Source of the DNA: an uncultured virus (IMG/VR IMGVR_UViG_3300031566_000024)
Taxonomy: Duplodnaviria; Heunggongvirae; Uroviricota; Caudoviricetes
Strand: one strand, 5' to 3'
Virus record (IMG/VR): IMGVR_UViG_3300031566_000024
DNA length: 64,000 nt
Shown here: positions 9,259 through 18,955 of the stretch, piece after piece
How the letters are laid out: each line of letters begins with the position of its first letter
Numbering within the stretch: the first letter of the stretch is position 1
Translations under genes and position numbers: made by a program
Notes under the pieces: generated by a model
The model's database searches: none
Told to the model about the DNA's origin: nothing
Seen by the model: only the letters and a program-made list of their open reading frames with translations

Positions 9259-9300
9259 ACCGGCTGTATGCTTGTTAAGTGTATGGTCGGTTATTTTTTT
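9259..9300 (+). terminator. Intrinsic terminator
   Basis: GU-rich 15-bp stem ACCGGCTGTATGCTT / AAGTGTATGGTCGGT plus T run. Confidence 0.75.
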
Positions 9301-9319
9301 AATTTAAAAGGAGTAAGGT

Positions 9320-9523
9320 ATGAGTAAAAATGAAGAGCGAAGCGTAATAAACGTAGTAAAAAGCCATATAAATAGTTTGTCGTATATACAAAATGACATT
9401 TCCAGTATATTGTTTACTGGAAATTATTGCTTGCTAAATGAGGTGCAAGTGCTGTTGCAGAATTGCATAGATGGTCAAACGGCTGTATTAGATGAAATGC
9501 TAAAAATACACAATAAGGATTAA
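9320..9523 (+). CDS. Small hypothetical protein
   Basis: AAGGAG RBS. Confidence 0.7.
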   Translation: MSKNEERSVINVVKSHINSLSYIQNDISSILFTGNYCLLNEVQVLLQNCIDGQTAVLDEMLKIHNKD

Positions 9524-9525
9524 AA

Positions 9526-10002
9526 ATGACAACACAACAAGCAAAAGAAGGCCTCAGAAAAATTGAGACGGCAGAAAAGTTACTTATCGGTTTAACACAA
9601 AAGCAAAAAGTTGATTTATGTTTGTATGCCGTATGTTATTTTTACAAAAATGTAACAGTACAAACCGATAATACACAAAAAATTAAATTACTCATTGACC
9701 GGATCGACGCGCTTAACTGTAAGTCTCAGAACAGAGCAAAATATAAAAGCATTGTCTTAGAGTCCGCGGAAGTGGTAAAGAAAATAAAGAAATCCGCAAC
9801 AGATCAAACAACAATCATATACAAAATTGCGCAATTGGCGTATGATATGTCAATTGCTGCAACAAGTTCGAGTGATGCTACAAGTACAAAATACGCCCAA
9901 TATGTGATTTACTATGCATTAAAATTTAGTGGCAATAAGATCATAGACGATTTAGCTAAAATAAAAGAGTTTCTTATTACTGAGGAAATCATCCAAAATT
10001 AA
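9526..10002 (+). CDS. Alpha-helical hypothetical protein
   Basis: 158-aa ORF, AAGGA RBS. Confidence 0.75.
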   Translation: MTTQQAKEGLRKIETAEKLLIGLTQKQKVDLCLYAVCYFYKNVTVQTDNTQKIKLLIDRIDALNCKSQNRAKYKSIVLESAEVVKKIKKSATDQTTIIYKIAQLAYDMSIAATSSSDATSTKYAQYVIYYALKFSGNKIIDDLAKIKEFLITEEIIQN

Positions 10003-10021
10003 CCACCTTTTTATAACATAT

Positions 10022-10057
10022 AAGCCGGGTATGCAGCATCTACGCCCGGCTTTTTTT
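10022..10057 (+). terminator. Intrinsic terminator
   Basis: AAGCCGGGT / GCCCGGCTT plus T7. Confidence 0.8.
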
Positions 10058-10060
10058 ATG

Positions 10061-10089
10061 TTGATATTTTAACAACAATATAATATACT
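10061..10089 (+). promoter_or_regulatory. Promoter upstream of portal
   Basis: TTGATA, 17 bp, TATACT. Confidence 0.6.
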
Positions 10090-10167
10090 TACTCATTATG
10101 TTAATTCTAAGATTTGCAGCAATAATAATCACTATTATTATGCTAGTGTTACTAACAAGGAATAATA

Positions 10168-11496
10168 ATGAGTAAGAAAAAGAATAGAAATAAGAAAAAA
10201 ATAAGGCGTGACAGTTGGAGTAACGTATATGCAGGAATCGGAAAGAAAAACGACAAATCTATATATACTAATTTCACTTCGTCTGTTACACTGTCAGACA
10301 GGCTTCTAAGTGATTTGTGGTGTGGCGATGGATTCGCCGCAAAAGTCGTTAGGACCATACCAGATGATATGACCCGTGAGGGCGTCACGATAGAAAACGA
10401 TACTGAAAATGTTATTGATAAAAAACTTGATGATCTTGATAGTGATTTGGTTTTTAATCAAGTGTTAATCTGGAAACGTTTGTATGGAGGCGGTGTGGTT
10501 GTAATGGGTGTAAACGACCAACAAGACCTGGAAGAAGAACTAAACGAAAACAATATACAGTCAATCGACTGGTTGCGAGTGTATCCGCGTACACAAATTG
10601 ATTTGCCCTTTGAAAATTTTGACACTGATACACAATCAAAATTTTATTGTATGCCTGAATTTTATACAATTATGCCTATGCGATATGGTGTGCAGTATCG
10701 TGTACACAGGTCAAGAGTACTTGAATTTAAAGGTGTGATGGTCCCACCTGATAGAGAAAGCGGAAATTTATGGTATTGGGGTATGTCGGCATTACAACAA
10801 ATATGGGATCAAATCAAAGACATTGCAGCGGGAGAAAGGAATCTTTCAAAGTTGTTATATGAATTAGTGATCGGAAAAATTAAAATCAAAGGACTTTCGT
10901 CATTAATTGCTAGTAAGAACTGGGAAGCAATTCACAATATGGTAGAAGCTATTGACCTTGGTAAGTCGACAATTAACAGTATGATACTGGACGCAGATGG
11001 GGACGACTTCGGGCGCGATACTGTCAATGTAGCAGGCTTTGATAAAATATTGCAAGTTTTCATGTCATTTCTGGCAGGTGTGGCGGGATATCCAATCACA
11101 AGATTATTTGGTCAATCCGCAATGGGTATGAACGCGACCGGCGACGGGGACGAAAAAAACTACAATGCAGAAGTCGAAGCCGCACAAAATACAACTCTTC
11201 GAAAACCGTACCAGCGACTTGTTGACTTGATTAACATGTCAAAAGAAATTGTAAAAAAAGTCACAAATCCAACTGTAAAATTCAATCCATTATTTCAACA
11301 GACACAAACTGAGATTATAACAAATCAAAAAATACAAGCCGACATTGATAATATATACATGCAGAATAGTGTATTAAGTCCCGAAGAGGTGAGGGAAAAC
11401 AGATTTGCTAATGGTTATTCACACGACACTGTTGTAGAGGGTGAAATTGAGTTTGAAGAAGAAGAAGAAGAGGTAGAAGATGAGAGTATAACATGA
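10168..11496 (+). CDS. Portal protein (DUF1073 type)
   Basis: DSW.N..G.G...DK, PDDMTREG, RLYGG, VHRSR, PITRLFGQS..G.NATG.GD..NY motifs. Confidence 0.92.
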   Translation: MSKKKNRNKKKIRRDSWSNVYAGIGKKNDKSIYTNFTSSVTLSDRLLSDLWCGDGFAAKVVRTIPDDMTREGVTIENDTENVIDKKLDDLDSDLVFNQVLIWKRLYGGGVVVMGVNDQQDLEEELNENNIQSIDWLRVYPRTQIDLPFENFDTDTQSKFYCMPEFYTIMPMRYGVQYRVHRSRVLEFKGVMVPPDRESGNLWYWGMSALQQIWDQIKDIAAGERNLSKLLYELVIGKIKIKGLSSLIASKNWEAIHNMVEAIDLGKSTINSMILDADGDDFGRDTVNVAGFDKILQVFMSFLAGVAGYPITRLFGQSAMGMNATGDGDEKNYNAEVEAAQNTTLRKPYQRLVDLINMSKEIVKKVTNPTVKFNPLFQQTQTEIITNQKIQADIDNIYMQNSVLSPEEVRENRFANGYSHDTVVEGEIEFEEEEEEVEDESIT

Positions 11497-12536
11497 AAGC
11501 ATCATTAACAGAGTACCGGCAAGCCAAAAAAGATTACAGACAATTTCACGATTCACTTAATCTTAATTACGCAGATGACAGTATCCGATTTGATGCCGAT
11601 CGAGAAAAAGCAACAGCCAAACTATTCAAACAGATTGTACAGCAAAAAATGTTACAAGGACCCTTACCAAATAAGAAGGCCGCCTGGTTATACCCATTTG
11701 CACAAGAAAGGGCATATCAAAAGCAATTAAAAAAAATACTTAATAAGTTTACCGCTATAACAATATCCGCGATAAAGCCGAATTTAAGCCGTTGGTTAAG
11801 TGAGTTTAACGATTCGGCAAGCGATGACTTGGAAAATATCAATCCCCAATTTGAACGGCAAAAAGAGATTTTGCTAAATACATTTCTTTTTGAGCTAAAA
11901 GACATACTACTTGCACTCGGTATAACAGTATCATTATTCAACAAAAAACAATGGCAAAAAATACTTAAAGCCAGCCTGGACATTGAATTTCTTATACAAG
12001 AGTCCTGGGAAAAGCCGTTATTAAATGCGTGGGTAAATCGTAACGTAGGCTTAATCAAGGGTTTGTTGGATGATTACACGAAACAAATCAATGACGCCGT
12101 ACAGCAGGGATTTCTTGAAGGCGTGACAGCCAATAAGTTGGCCCAGACATTAAGAAAAATTAACAGAAATTTCAGTCAGTACCGAACAATGTTAATTGCC
12201 CGGGATCAGATTAATAAATTAAATGGAGCTTTTGCCAGGCGTAGACAACTTGACGCTGGGGTAGATAAATATACCTGGAACACTTCCATTGATGAGAGGG
12301 TGCGCGGCAGACCTGGTGGGAAGTATCCAAATGCGCGTCCGACACATTGGGCGCTGGAAGGTAAATTATGCAGGTGGGATAATTCGACCTTATACAGTGT
12401 TGACGGTGGTAAAACATGGTTACAGAGGTCAAGTCTTGGTGCTGTACAAGTACCGCCTGGATTCGCTATACTATGTCGCTGTTGGGGTAACCCATATTTT
12501 GAAGAAATAATAAACGAAATTGAAGAGGAGAAATAA
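11493..12536 (+). CDS. Head morphogenesis protein (SPP1 gp7 / Mu F-like)
   Basis: LIARDQ..KLN, Y.W.TS.DERVR, H..LEGK..W, PG....CRC. Confidence 0.92.
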   Translation: MKASLTEYRQAKKDYRQFHDSLNLNYADDSIRFDADREKATAKLFKQIVQQKMLQGPLPNKKAAWLYPFAQERAYQKQLKKILNKFTAITISAIKPNLSRWLSEFNDSASDDLENINPQFERQKEILLNTFLFELKDILLALGITVSLFNKKQWQKILKASLDIEFLIQESWEKPLLNAWVNRNVGLIKGLLDDYTKQINDAVQQGFLEGVTANKLAQTLRKINRNFSQYRTMLIARDQINKLNGAFARRRQLDAGVDKYTWNTSIDERVRGRPGGKYPNARPTHWALEGKLCRWDNSTLYSVDGGKTWLQRSSLGAVQVPPGFAILCRCWGNPYFEEIINEIEEEK

Positions 12537-12537
12537 A

Positions 12538-12948
12538 ATGATAGAAAATACTAAAAAATACAGATCCAAAACAAACCCGGATATGTTTGTTGATGCCATT
12601 AAATTTAAATTGGGGTGTGGAATGCAAGATGGTTTTTCACGTGAACACACTTCAAAACAAGACAGGCCATACATATACGCAAGTGTATCCGGCCGGTGGC
12701 GTAATGTTACTGTCACAGAAAAAGACACAATTGTGTATTATAAGAAAAAAATGAAAAACGGTAATGTAATCAATCATGTGATCATTATGGGCACTAAACA
12801 ATTTAATCTACATTATGAGAGGGTGCGAGAAGATGTCAGACAAACAGTTGGACCGGAAGATCCGAGCGGTGATATTATACCCCGAACAGAAAAAAGAAAG
12901 AAAAGCAGAAAGAAAGAAGAACCGGAAAGCAATAAAGAAGCTGAATAA
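12538..12948 (+). CDS. Hypothetical phage protein
   Basis: AGGAG RBS; KKYRSK....VDAIKF N-terminus typical of phage hypotheticals. Confidence 0.7.
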   Translation: MIENTKKYRSKTNPDMFVDAIKFKLGCGMQDGFSREHTSKQDRPYIYASVSGRWRNVTVTEKDTIVYYKKKMKNGNVINHVIIMGTKQFNLHYERVREDVRQTVGPEDPSGDIIPRTEKRKKSRKKEEPESNKEAE

Positions 12949-12968
12949 TTTGCCATATAAGACATAAG

Positions 12969-13006
12969 AAAGGCCGGGTAGACTGTGTAGCAGCTTTCGG
13001 CCTTTT
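12969..13006. terminator. Bidirectional terminator between convergent units
   Basis: AAAGGCCGG / TCGGCCTTT stem with A/T flanks. Confidence 0.75.
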
Positions 13007-13332
13007 ATATTATATTAACTTGAAGGGTGGTTTCTTAGATGGTGTTCTTTTTTCTTTTTCTTTCTCTTTTCGTTTTCGTTTTCGTTTTCGTATACATATG
13101 TCTTTTTGTTCGTTTTCCCATTTCTTGTATTGATCAAACCAATTGCGTAGCATTATTTTGATTTCCTTTTATAGTAGAAGTGGGTGAATTTTTCCCGCTT
13201 CTTTGATTTTAACTTGAATGTGAATGATTGCACACCATCCACGGCATCGATTGTTATTCCTTCTTTTGTAAATGTTATATTCATTTTAAATCCTTTTTGT
13301 ATAAACTACGTTGTCCATTTATTATCTCCCTT

Positions 13333-13425
13333 TTAAACTCCAAATATAACGTAATAAGTTGTACACAACATAAACCCGGCTAATAATACAGCAATCCAAA
13401 AACCTATTGATTTCAATAATTTCAT
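13333..13425 (-). CDS. 30-aa single-TM microprotein
   Basis: GGGGGTG RBS; MKLLKSIGFWIAVLLAGFMLCTTYYVIFGV. Confidence 0.55.
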   Translation of the reverse strand: MKLLKSIGFWIAVLLAGFMLCTTYYVIFGV

Positions 13426-13513
13426 GAATCACCCCCTTTATTCTTCGATTGTGGTGCAGCTAAAACATCTGCAAGTATGTCCGCTTCTTTTGTTTCTAAT
13501 TTTAAGACGTCAT

Positions 13514-13711
13514 TCATTTTACAGCCTTTCTTTTTAAATTGTCACGCAGGCAGTACATACAATTGTAATCATCACCTTCGCCTACTTTATAATATTTAGA
13601 AGCACATTCCTGTTCTTTACCATTTGCTATTTGTAACCAGCATCCGCAATCTTCCCCGTTCTCAATAGCTTGTAAAATCTTGTATAATTTTTTCTTTTCT
13701 CCCATAAGCAA
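13514..13711 (-). CDS. Small Cys-rich protein
   Basis: CGC..C..CMYC; inside the minus-strand cassette. Confidence 0.6.
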   Translation of the reverse strand: MLMGEKKKLYKILQAIENGEDCGCWLQIANGKEQECASKYYKVGEGDDYNCMYCLRDNLKRKAVK

Positions 13712-13722
13712 CTTCTTTTATT

Positions 13723-14115
13723 TTACGCAATTCTTTTGTCTTTTCTTGTGATTTTAGGCCCGCCGCCGTATACAGGATCAACTACGACTACGTTATAATC
13801 ATATTCCAAAATAACTTTGCCTAAAAATCTAATCTCGTCTTTTTTGCCAAGATTAATTCTAACTTCATCACAGAAAGTAGGGAGTTTTCTTTCTTCTTTT
13901 AAGGTATATTCATAACAATAATTCTTGCCTGAATCTCTTGTGTCAAAAAAACAAGTTTCTTTGTTAAGAAACAAAGACAAGAGGGTGTCTGACCAGTGAT
14001 AAAATTTTGTTCCCTTTTTAAAAAGCTTCATCCCGGTACACTCTTCTGTCCATTTCATATCTTGTCCGTTGTATCTCGCACGATCACTCACAAGCACCAT
14101 GTCACCCTTTTTCAT
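13723..14115 (-). CDS. Hypothetical protein
   Basis: AAGGAG RBS before ATG 14115, just downstream of the conserved promoter. Confidence 0.8.
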   Translation of the reverse strand: MKKGDMVLVSDRARYNGQDMKWTEECTGMKLFKKGTKFYHWSDTLLSLFLNKETCFFDTRDSGKNYCYEYTLKEERKLPTFCDEVRINLGKKDEIRFLGKVILEYDYNVVVVDPVYGGGPKITRKDKRIA

Positions 14116-14137
14116 ATTGTTCTCCTTTAAACACCTC

Positions 14138-14184
14138 ACTATACTAAGTATAATACAGTTCTTTGTTTTTGTCAACAAGTTTTT
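14138..14184 (-). promoter_or_regulatory. Conserved promoter copy, inverted
   Basis: 47-bp exact reverse-complement match to 3044-3090. Confidence 0.9.
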
Positions 14185-14303
14185 ATTAAATAATTAAAAT
14201 TTATTTAAAATTTCCTTGACACAACTGTATACTTTTTTATACACTGTATACAAAATCATACACCAATTGTCAATATATTGACAGGTGTTGAAATATCAAC
14301 GGG

Positions 14304-15794
14304 TTGGAAAATATGTGTACAGAGTTTGAAAACATTACAAATACAAACTTTTCAGAAGATGGTGATAAAGATAGCAAAGCCGTAAAAGCCGCAAAGAATA
14401 AAATCTCAAACGGTATTATTGCAGGCAAAATTAAAAAGCCCGCAACGTGTAAAAAGTGCGGCAAAAACACAAAACTCGAAGCACACCATAACAAAGGGTA
14501 TGACGAAAAAAACCAAACTTCAATCATATGGCTTTGTCCTACTTGCCACGTAGCTGCACATAAGAAGCTTAACGCGTGTAAGAAAAAATCAAAAGACACA
14601 ATCAATCGTATTGATGTATTCAACAACATTAATGAATATATGATTGAACCTTTTATGATTGACCAGGAAACAGGCTTTTACAGTGGTGTTGCTGTTGTTA
14701 CAAATACTGGTATATTCAATTATAGAATTAATGGTAAAACAGTAAGAGAACTTAGAACGCCCGATGAGGTAGGCAGATCATCGAGCCTTGACTCACTGAA
14801 AATGATACCGATTACAAATGAACATCCAAAGGAATTTGTAACATCTGAAAATGCACAAAAATTAAGTATTGGTATGTCAGGTGAGATTGTAAATTTTGAT
14901 AATACAGCTGTAAGTGTGCGCCTTACAATTACAGACAAAAAAGCGATTGAAGACATCAAAGCCGGCAAAGTGGCATTATCCTGTGGCTACAAAGCAACCA
15001 CAGTTGATAATGGTGGTGGTTTTGCATTTGGCAATAATAGGTATGATGTCGAGCAAACGGACATCATATACAATCACATTGCCCTGGTTGGTATGGGTCG
15101 TGCGGGTGATTTGGCAAGATTGAAATTCGATCGTGATGACGTAGGAATCAATGAAAGTACTATTAATAGTACTGATAATATAGAAACTAATGAAAAAGGA
15201 GCAATAAACATGGCTACTGAGTTACAAACATTGAGAATTGACGGCGTTGACTATTCAGTTGACAAAGACGTAATCAAAGAAGTCAACCGATTAAACAAAG
15301 ACAGCGTTGAAAAAGATACGATAATTGAAGCACTGAAAAAAGATAAAGATGTCTTACAGGCAAAAGCCGACACGCTTGACATTAAAGTCAAAGAGGCAGT
15401 TGAAATTATGAAAGCGGATGAAGGAAAATTCACTAATGAAGATGTGAAAGAAAGGATCGAATTATTCAAAATTGCCGACTCACTGAAAGTCGAATATACA
15501 GACAATGACAATAATGGCGCGATTAAAAAATTAATAATTAAAACCAAAAACGATAAAATTAATCTTGATGCAAAATCGGATGATTATATCAATGCTGCGT
15601 TCGACATTCTCAAAGAAGACATCAAGAATGAACCGGCAAAAAAGAACGTACAAAAAGCGATGTTTGACAATATGCCAGGCGACAACGCTAGTAAAAAAGA
15701 TACGCGAACAGCAAGAGAAAAATTTTGTGCTGACAATCAAGAGCGCGCTGAAAATTATAAAGGCGCTGTAAAAAATACAGGAGGTAACGCATAA
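14304..15794 (+). CDS. Head maturation protein (DUF2213-like) with N-terminal HNH-like domain and coiled-coil scaffold tail
   Basis: CKKCG..EAHH.KGY....WLCPTCH; ELRTPDEV, PITNEHP, LSCGY, NHIALV..GRAG. Confidence 0.9.
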   Translation: MENMCTEFENITNTNFSEDGDKDSKAVKAAKNKISNGIIAGKIKKPATCKKCGKNTKLEAHHNKGYDEKNQTSIIWLCPTCHVAAHKKLNACKKKSKDTINRIDVFNNINEYMIEPFMIDQETGFYSGVAVVTNTGIFNYRINGKTVRELRTPDEVGRSSSLDSLKMIPITNEHPKEFVTSENAQKLSIGMSGEIVNFDNTAVSVRLTITDKKAIEDIKAGKVALSCGYKATTVDNGGGFAFGNNRYDVEQTDIIYNHIALVGMGRAGDLARLKFDRDDVGINESTINSTDNIETNEKGAINMATELQTLRIDGVDYSVDKDVIKEVNRLNKDSVEKDTIIEALKKDKDVLQAKADTLDIKVKEAVEIMKADEGKFTNEDVKERIELFKIADSLKVEYTDNDNNGAIKKLIIKTKNDKINLDAKSDDYINAAFDILKEDIKNEPAKKNVQKAMFDNMPGDNASKKDTRTAREKFCADNQERAENYKGAVKNTGGNA

Positions 15795-16588
15795 TGGCTC
15801 AATATGGAAATATGGAAATTGCAATTCCAGGTCTGCTCGATAGTTATTACCCGTTTTTCAAATCAACACGATGTGCAAAACAAGATATTCAGTATGGCAA
15901 ACCTGTAATGGGTTATCTGGATGATGTTACAAACGGTTATAATTATGCGTTAGATACTTCAAAAATAGTTTGGGACGCTGATTTTGTAACCAGCAACTTA
16001 ATAGATATTGTGGTAAATGGTGTAACAATAACACAAGTTCCTTTCAACACGGATCATGATACCACAATGGATGATGTTGTTACACAGGTAACAGCAAAGT
16101 CTATTACAGACAGTGTGTTGGGTGTTGTTACGTTCAAGGCTGCCCTGGACGCTACTGATGCCAATAACAGAACCTTATACATCCGGACAACAGGTCTTGA
16201 TTCTACTGTAACCGAAGCTGTTACAGCCGGTGCAACACAAGCGACCGGTACAATTACAACACAATCCGATCAAGTACTAATCGGCGGGGCCGTTTTTCTA
16301 CAAAGAGAAGTTGCTGCGAGCACTGGGGCAAAATACTATGTTAATGACGATATCACAGTAATTGAACAGGGTAGAATTTGGATGTATGCCAATTCTGCAA
16401 CTGGTGACGGTATAGCATATATTGATAATGCTGGGGCCGACAAAGGCAACTTTGCAAATGCGGCAGGCGATACGGTTAACACTGTATTCAGGTCGTTAAA
16501 AATAACCAATGCAGATACTACCGATGATCTTGCGCTTGTTGAATTTTTCGGTATCAAAAAAATAAATGCTGTACTGGCATGGGTATAA
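15794..16588 (+). CDS. Head decoration/cement protein with inserted domain
   Basis: Between maturation protein and capsid; I.YG.PV and V...GRIW motifs flank a Thr-rich insert. Confidence 0.7.
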   Translation: MAQYGNMEIAIPGLLDSYYPFFKSTRCAKQDIQYGKPVMGYLDDVTNGYNYALDTSKIVWDADFVTSNLIDIVVNGVTITQVPFNTDHDTTMDDVVTQVTAKSITDSVLGVVTFKAALDATDANNRTLYIRTTGLDSTVTEAVTAGATQATGTITTQSDQVLIGGAVFLQREVAASTGAKYYVNDDITVIEQGRIWMYANSATGDGIAYIDNAGADKGNFANAAGDTVNTVFRSLKITNADTTDDLALVEFFGIKKINAVLAWV

Positions 16589-16598
16589 GGAGTAACAA

Positions 16599-17615
16599 AT
16601 GAGAGAACAACGAGTAACAAAAACAGATATTGAAACGTATAAAAACGACAATGCCGAACGTGTTGACCATTTGGCGGCCGTGTATGGCTGGTATGACGAT
16701 GAAACGGGTAGAGTAGATTCTAATCTATCAGCCTTTTTTCTGCGAGAGCTTGAAAGTATTGAGGCTCAAAGTTATGATACAAAATTTAAATTAATTAAAT
16801 ACTTAGATCATTTTCCTACCGACTACTCAGACGACGAAGGGGCGGAGACACTTACTTATCGCGTATTCACAGAAACCGGTACAGCAAAAATTATTGCTGA
16901 TTATGGCGACGATGTGCCACGAGTAGACCTGTATGGCGAAGAAGTAAGCAAGAAAGTGTATTCACTAGGAAATATGTTCACTTATACTGATAGAGAGGTG
17001 CGCCGTGCACGAATGGCGGGAAAACCACTCGAACAGCGTAGAGCAAACGCCGCACGCAGGGCAGTTGAGCAAGAATGTAATACTATTGCATACACAGGTA
17101 ATGCTACATATAACATACCAGGATTTATTAATAACGCCAATATTTCAGAATACACTATTCCTAATGGTGTAGGAGGAAATGAAGAGTGGAACACGAAAAC
17201 ACCAGACGAAATTATTGCGGATCTTTCAGGAATTGCAACAAGTATTATAGATGGTACAAACGGTGTAGAAGAGCCAGACACAATGTTGTTGCCTATTGAG
17301 CAATTTAATTATCTGAATAATACACGTATGACCGGCGGTAGTGACATAAATATTATGCAATATTTTTTGACTACCAACGGGCACATTAAGTATGTCGATT
17401 GGGTAACCGAGTTAAAAGGCGCAGGTGCTGGTGGATCTGATAGAATGATGGTATATGCAAAAGATCGAGAAAAATTAGTCTTTAAAGCGCCTATGGAGTA
17501 CCGACAGTTAGCACCGGAAAGACGGGGTTACGGTACAGAAATTCTAACTGAAAAAAGAATTGCTGGCGTAACTATCTATTACCCGCAATCGGTCGCGTTT
17601 GCTGACAATATCTAA
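16599..17615 (+). CDS. Major capsid protein (DUF2184 type, HK97 fold)
   Basis: RELESIE, G.AKII.DY.DD.PRVD, PLEQRRA.AARRA, GFINN.N, GV.IYYP. Confidence 0.92.
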   Translation: MREQRVTKTDIETYKNDNAERVDHLAAVYGWYDDETGRVDSNLSAFFLRELESIEAQSYDTKFKLIKYLDHFPTDYSDDEGAETLTYRVFTETGTAKIIADYGDDVPRVDLYGEEVSKKVYSLGNMFTYTDREVRRARMAGKPLEQRRANAARRAVEQECNTIAYTGNATYNIPGFINNANISEYTIPNGVGGNEEWNTKTPDEIIADLSGIATSIIDGTNGVEEPDTMLLPIEQFNYLNNTRMTGGSDINIMQYFLTTNGHIKYVDWVTELKGAGAGGSDRMMVYAKDREKLVFKAPMEYRQLAPERRGYGTEILTEKRIAGVTIYYPQSVAFADNI

Positions 17616-17639
17616 CACTACACTATATAGGAGGTAAAA

Positions 17640-18203
17640 ATGAATATATTAATTAAAAATAATGAAAAACGACAAATAACAATACCTGGAAGTACAGGGC
17701 AGAAAAAAACAGCCCTGTCGCCTGGTTATAATGAATTATCTATTGATGTGTGGCTTACACACAAAGATTGCAAAGCAATCAAATATAAACTCGATAATAA
17801 ATTACTGGAAGTTGAATTCAAAGAAAACAGCGAATCTAAAAAACATACAAAAAAAATACATGAATTAAAAACAAGACTTGGTGAACACAAAGCCGCACTC
17901 GAAAAAACAAACAAAGCAATTCTAAAAGAAACTGTTGAGGCTAAAATTGCAATTCTTGTGACAGAAAAAAAAGAGACTGAAAAAAATGTTGAAGAATTGA
18001 ACAACCAATTAGCCGAAACACAGGTTGCAGAAATAGCCACGCGAGGCGATTTTAATCTACTTTCCCACGAAGAAAAAGAGAACGTTATCAATAACACATA
18101 TAACGTGAAAGTGCTGGAAAAATGGAAAGCTGATGACGGCAGAGCCGAGATTAGAAATTTAATTTTGGATCAAATGAAAAAAATTAAGAAAAATAAAAAA
18201 TAA
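17640..18203 (+). CDS. Hypothetical head-region protein (coiled coil)
   Basis: AGGAGG RBS; L.PG.N motif; follows capsid. Confidence 0.75.
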   Translation: MNILIKNNEKRQITIPGSTGQKKTALSPGYNELSIDVWLTHKDCKAIKYKLDNKLLEVEFKENSESKKHTKKIHELKTRLGEHKAALEKTNKAILKETVEAKIAILVTEKKETEKNVEELNNQLAETQVAEIATRGDFNLLSHEEKENVINNTYNVKVLEKWKADDGRAEIRNLILDQMKKIKKNKK

Positions 18204-18214
18204 GAGAATAAATT

Positions 18215-18604
18215 ATGAGTCTTACAATTGAGCAAACACTTGATAGCATTGCACCACAACTAGCAGCAGATACTGAAAAAGCAAACCATATCACATTTGC
18301 TATACAGCAGACTAATCTTACAAAGTTTGGTGACAATTATAATCTTGCTGTTGCCCTGCGTGCGGCTCACTCTCTTACTCTGAAAGATATACAAAATGGA
18401 ATAGGTGCAGGCACAGGTGGAAAGATCATTTCAAAAAGGGAAGGTGATTTGGCTGTTAATTTTGCGGCTACTCGTTTTGTAAGTGACGGAGATCCATACC
18501 TTAATCAAACAGCATACGGTACGCAACTACTATCACTAATTAATAGTACAATCATGTCTGTTAGTTTGACTGGTTTAGGTTTGTTCAATACAGGGGGCGT
18601 GTAA
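18215..18604 (+). CDS. Head-tail adaptor (DUF4054-like)
   Basis: AAH.L, I.SK.EGDL.V.F, L.QT.YG. Confidence 0.85.
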   Translation: MSLTIEQTLDSIAPQLAADTEKANHITFAIQQTNLTKFGDNYNLAVALRAAHSLTLKDIQNGIGAGTGGKIISKREGDLAVNFAATRFVSDGDPYLNQTAYGTQLLSLINSTIMSVSLTGLGLFNTGGV

Positions 18605-18955
18605 ATGGCTATTGCATACATGACATCCGTTAATATATCAGAATATGACAAAAATATTACTAATGAAGCGTGGGAATTCAAAGAGGTTTTGTCCGCTCCC
18701 GGTACAGGAAGTAGTGTACTGATACCCGTTAATGTAGATAATATTGGTATACAATTAACTATTCTTCCAAATGCTGCTGCAAAAGTACAGGTGACAAACG
18801 ACACAGTTGCAGCTGTACTAAATGACACAGCTACTTGGATAGACTGGGAATTAGGTGAAATTGGATTGACCGGAATTGATACTATATATGCTGTAACAGC
18901 AATTAGACATGTGTGTACACTAATAGAATCTACAATGACAGTGAGGGCGCAATAA
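18605..18955 (+). CDS. Putative virion structural protein (beta-rich)
   Basis: Coupled within the neck module. Confidence 0.7.
   Translation: MAIAYMTSVNISEYDKNITNEAWEFKEVLSAPGTGSSVLIPVNVDNIGIQLTILPNAAAKVQVTNDTVAAVLNDTATWIDWELGEIGLTGIDTIYAVTAIRHVCTLIESTMTVRAQ

Noticed and set aside
10168..11496. Anti-CBASS Acb1 call for the DUF1073-type protein
   Set aside because: Size, motifs and position before the head morphogenesis gene indicate a portal
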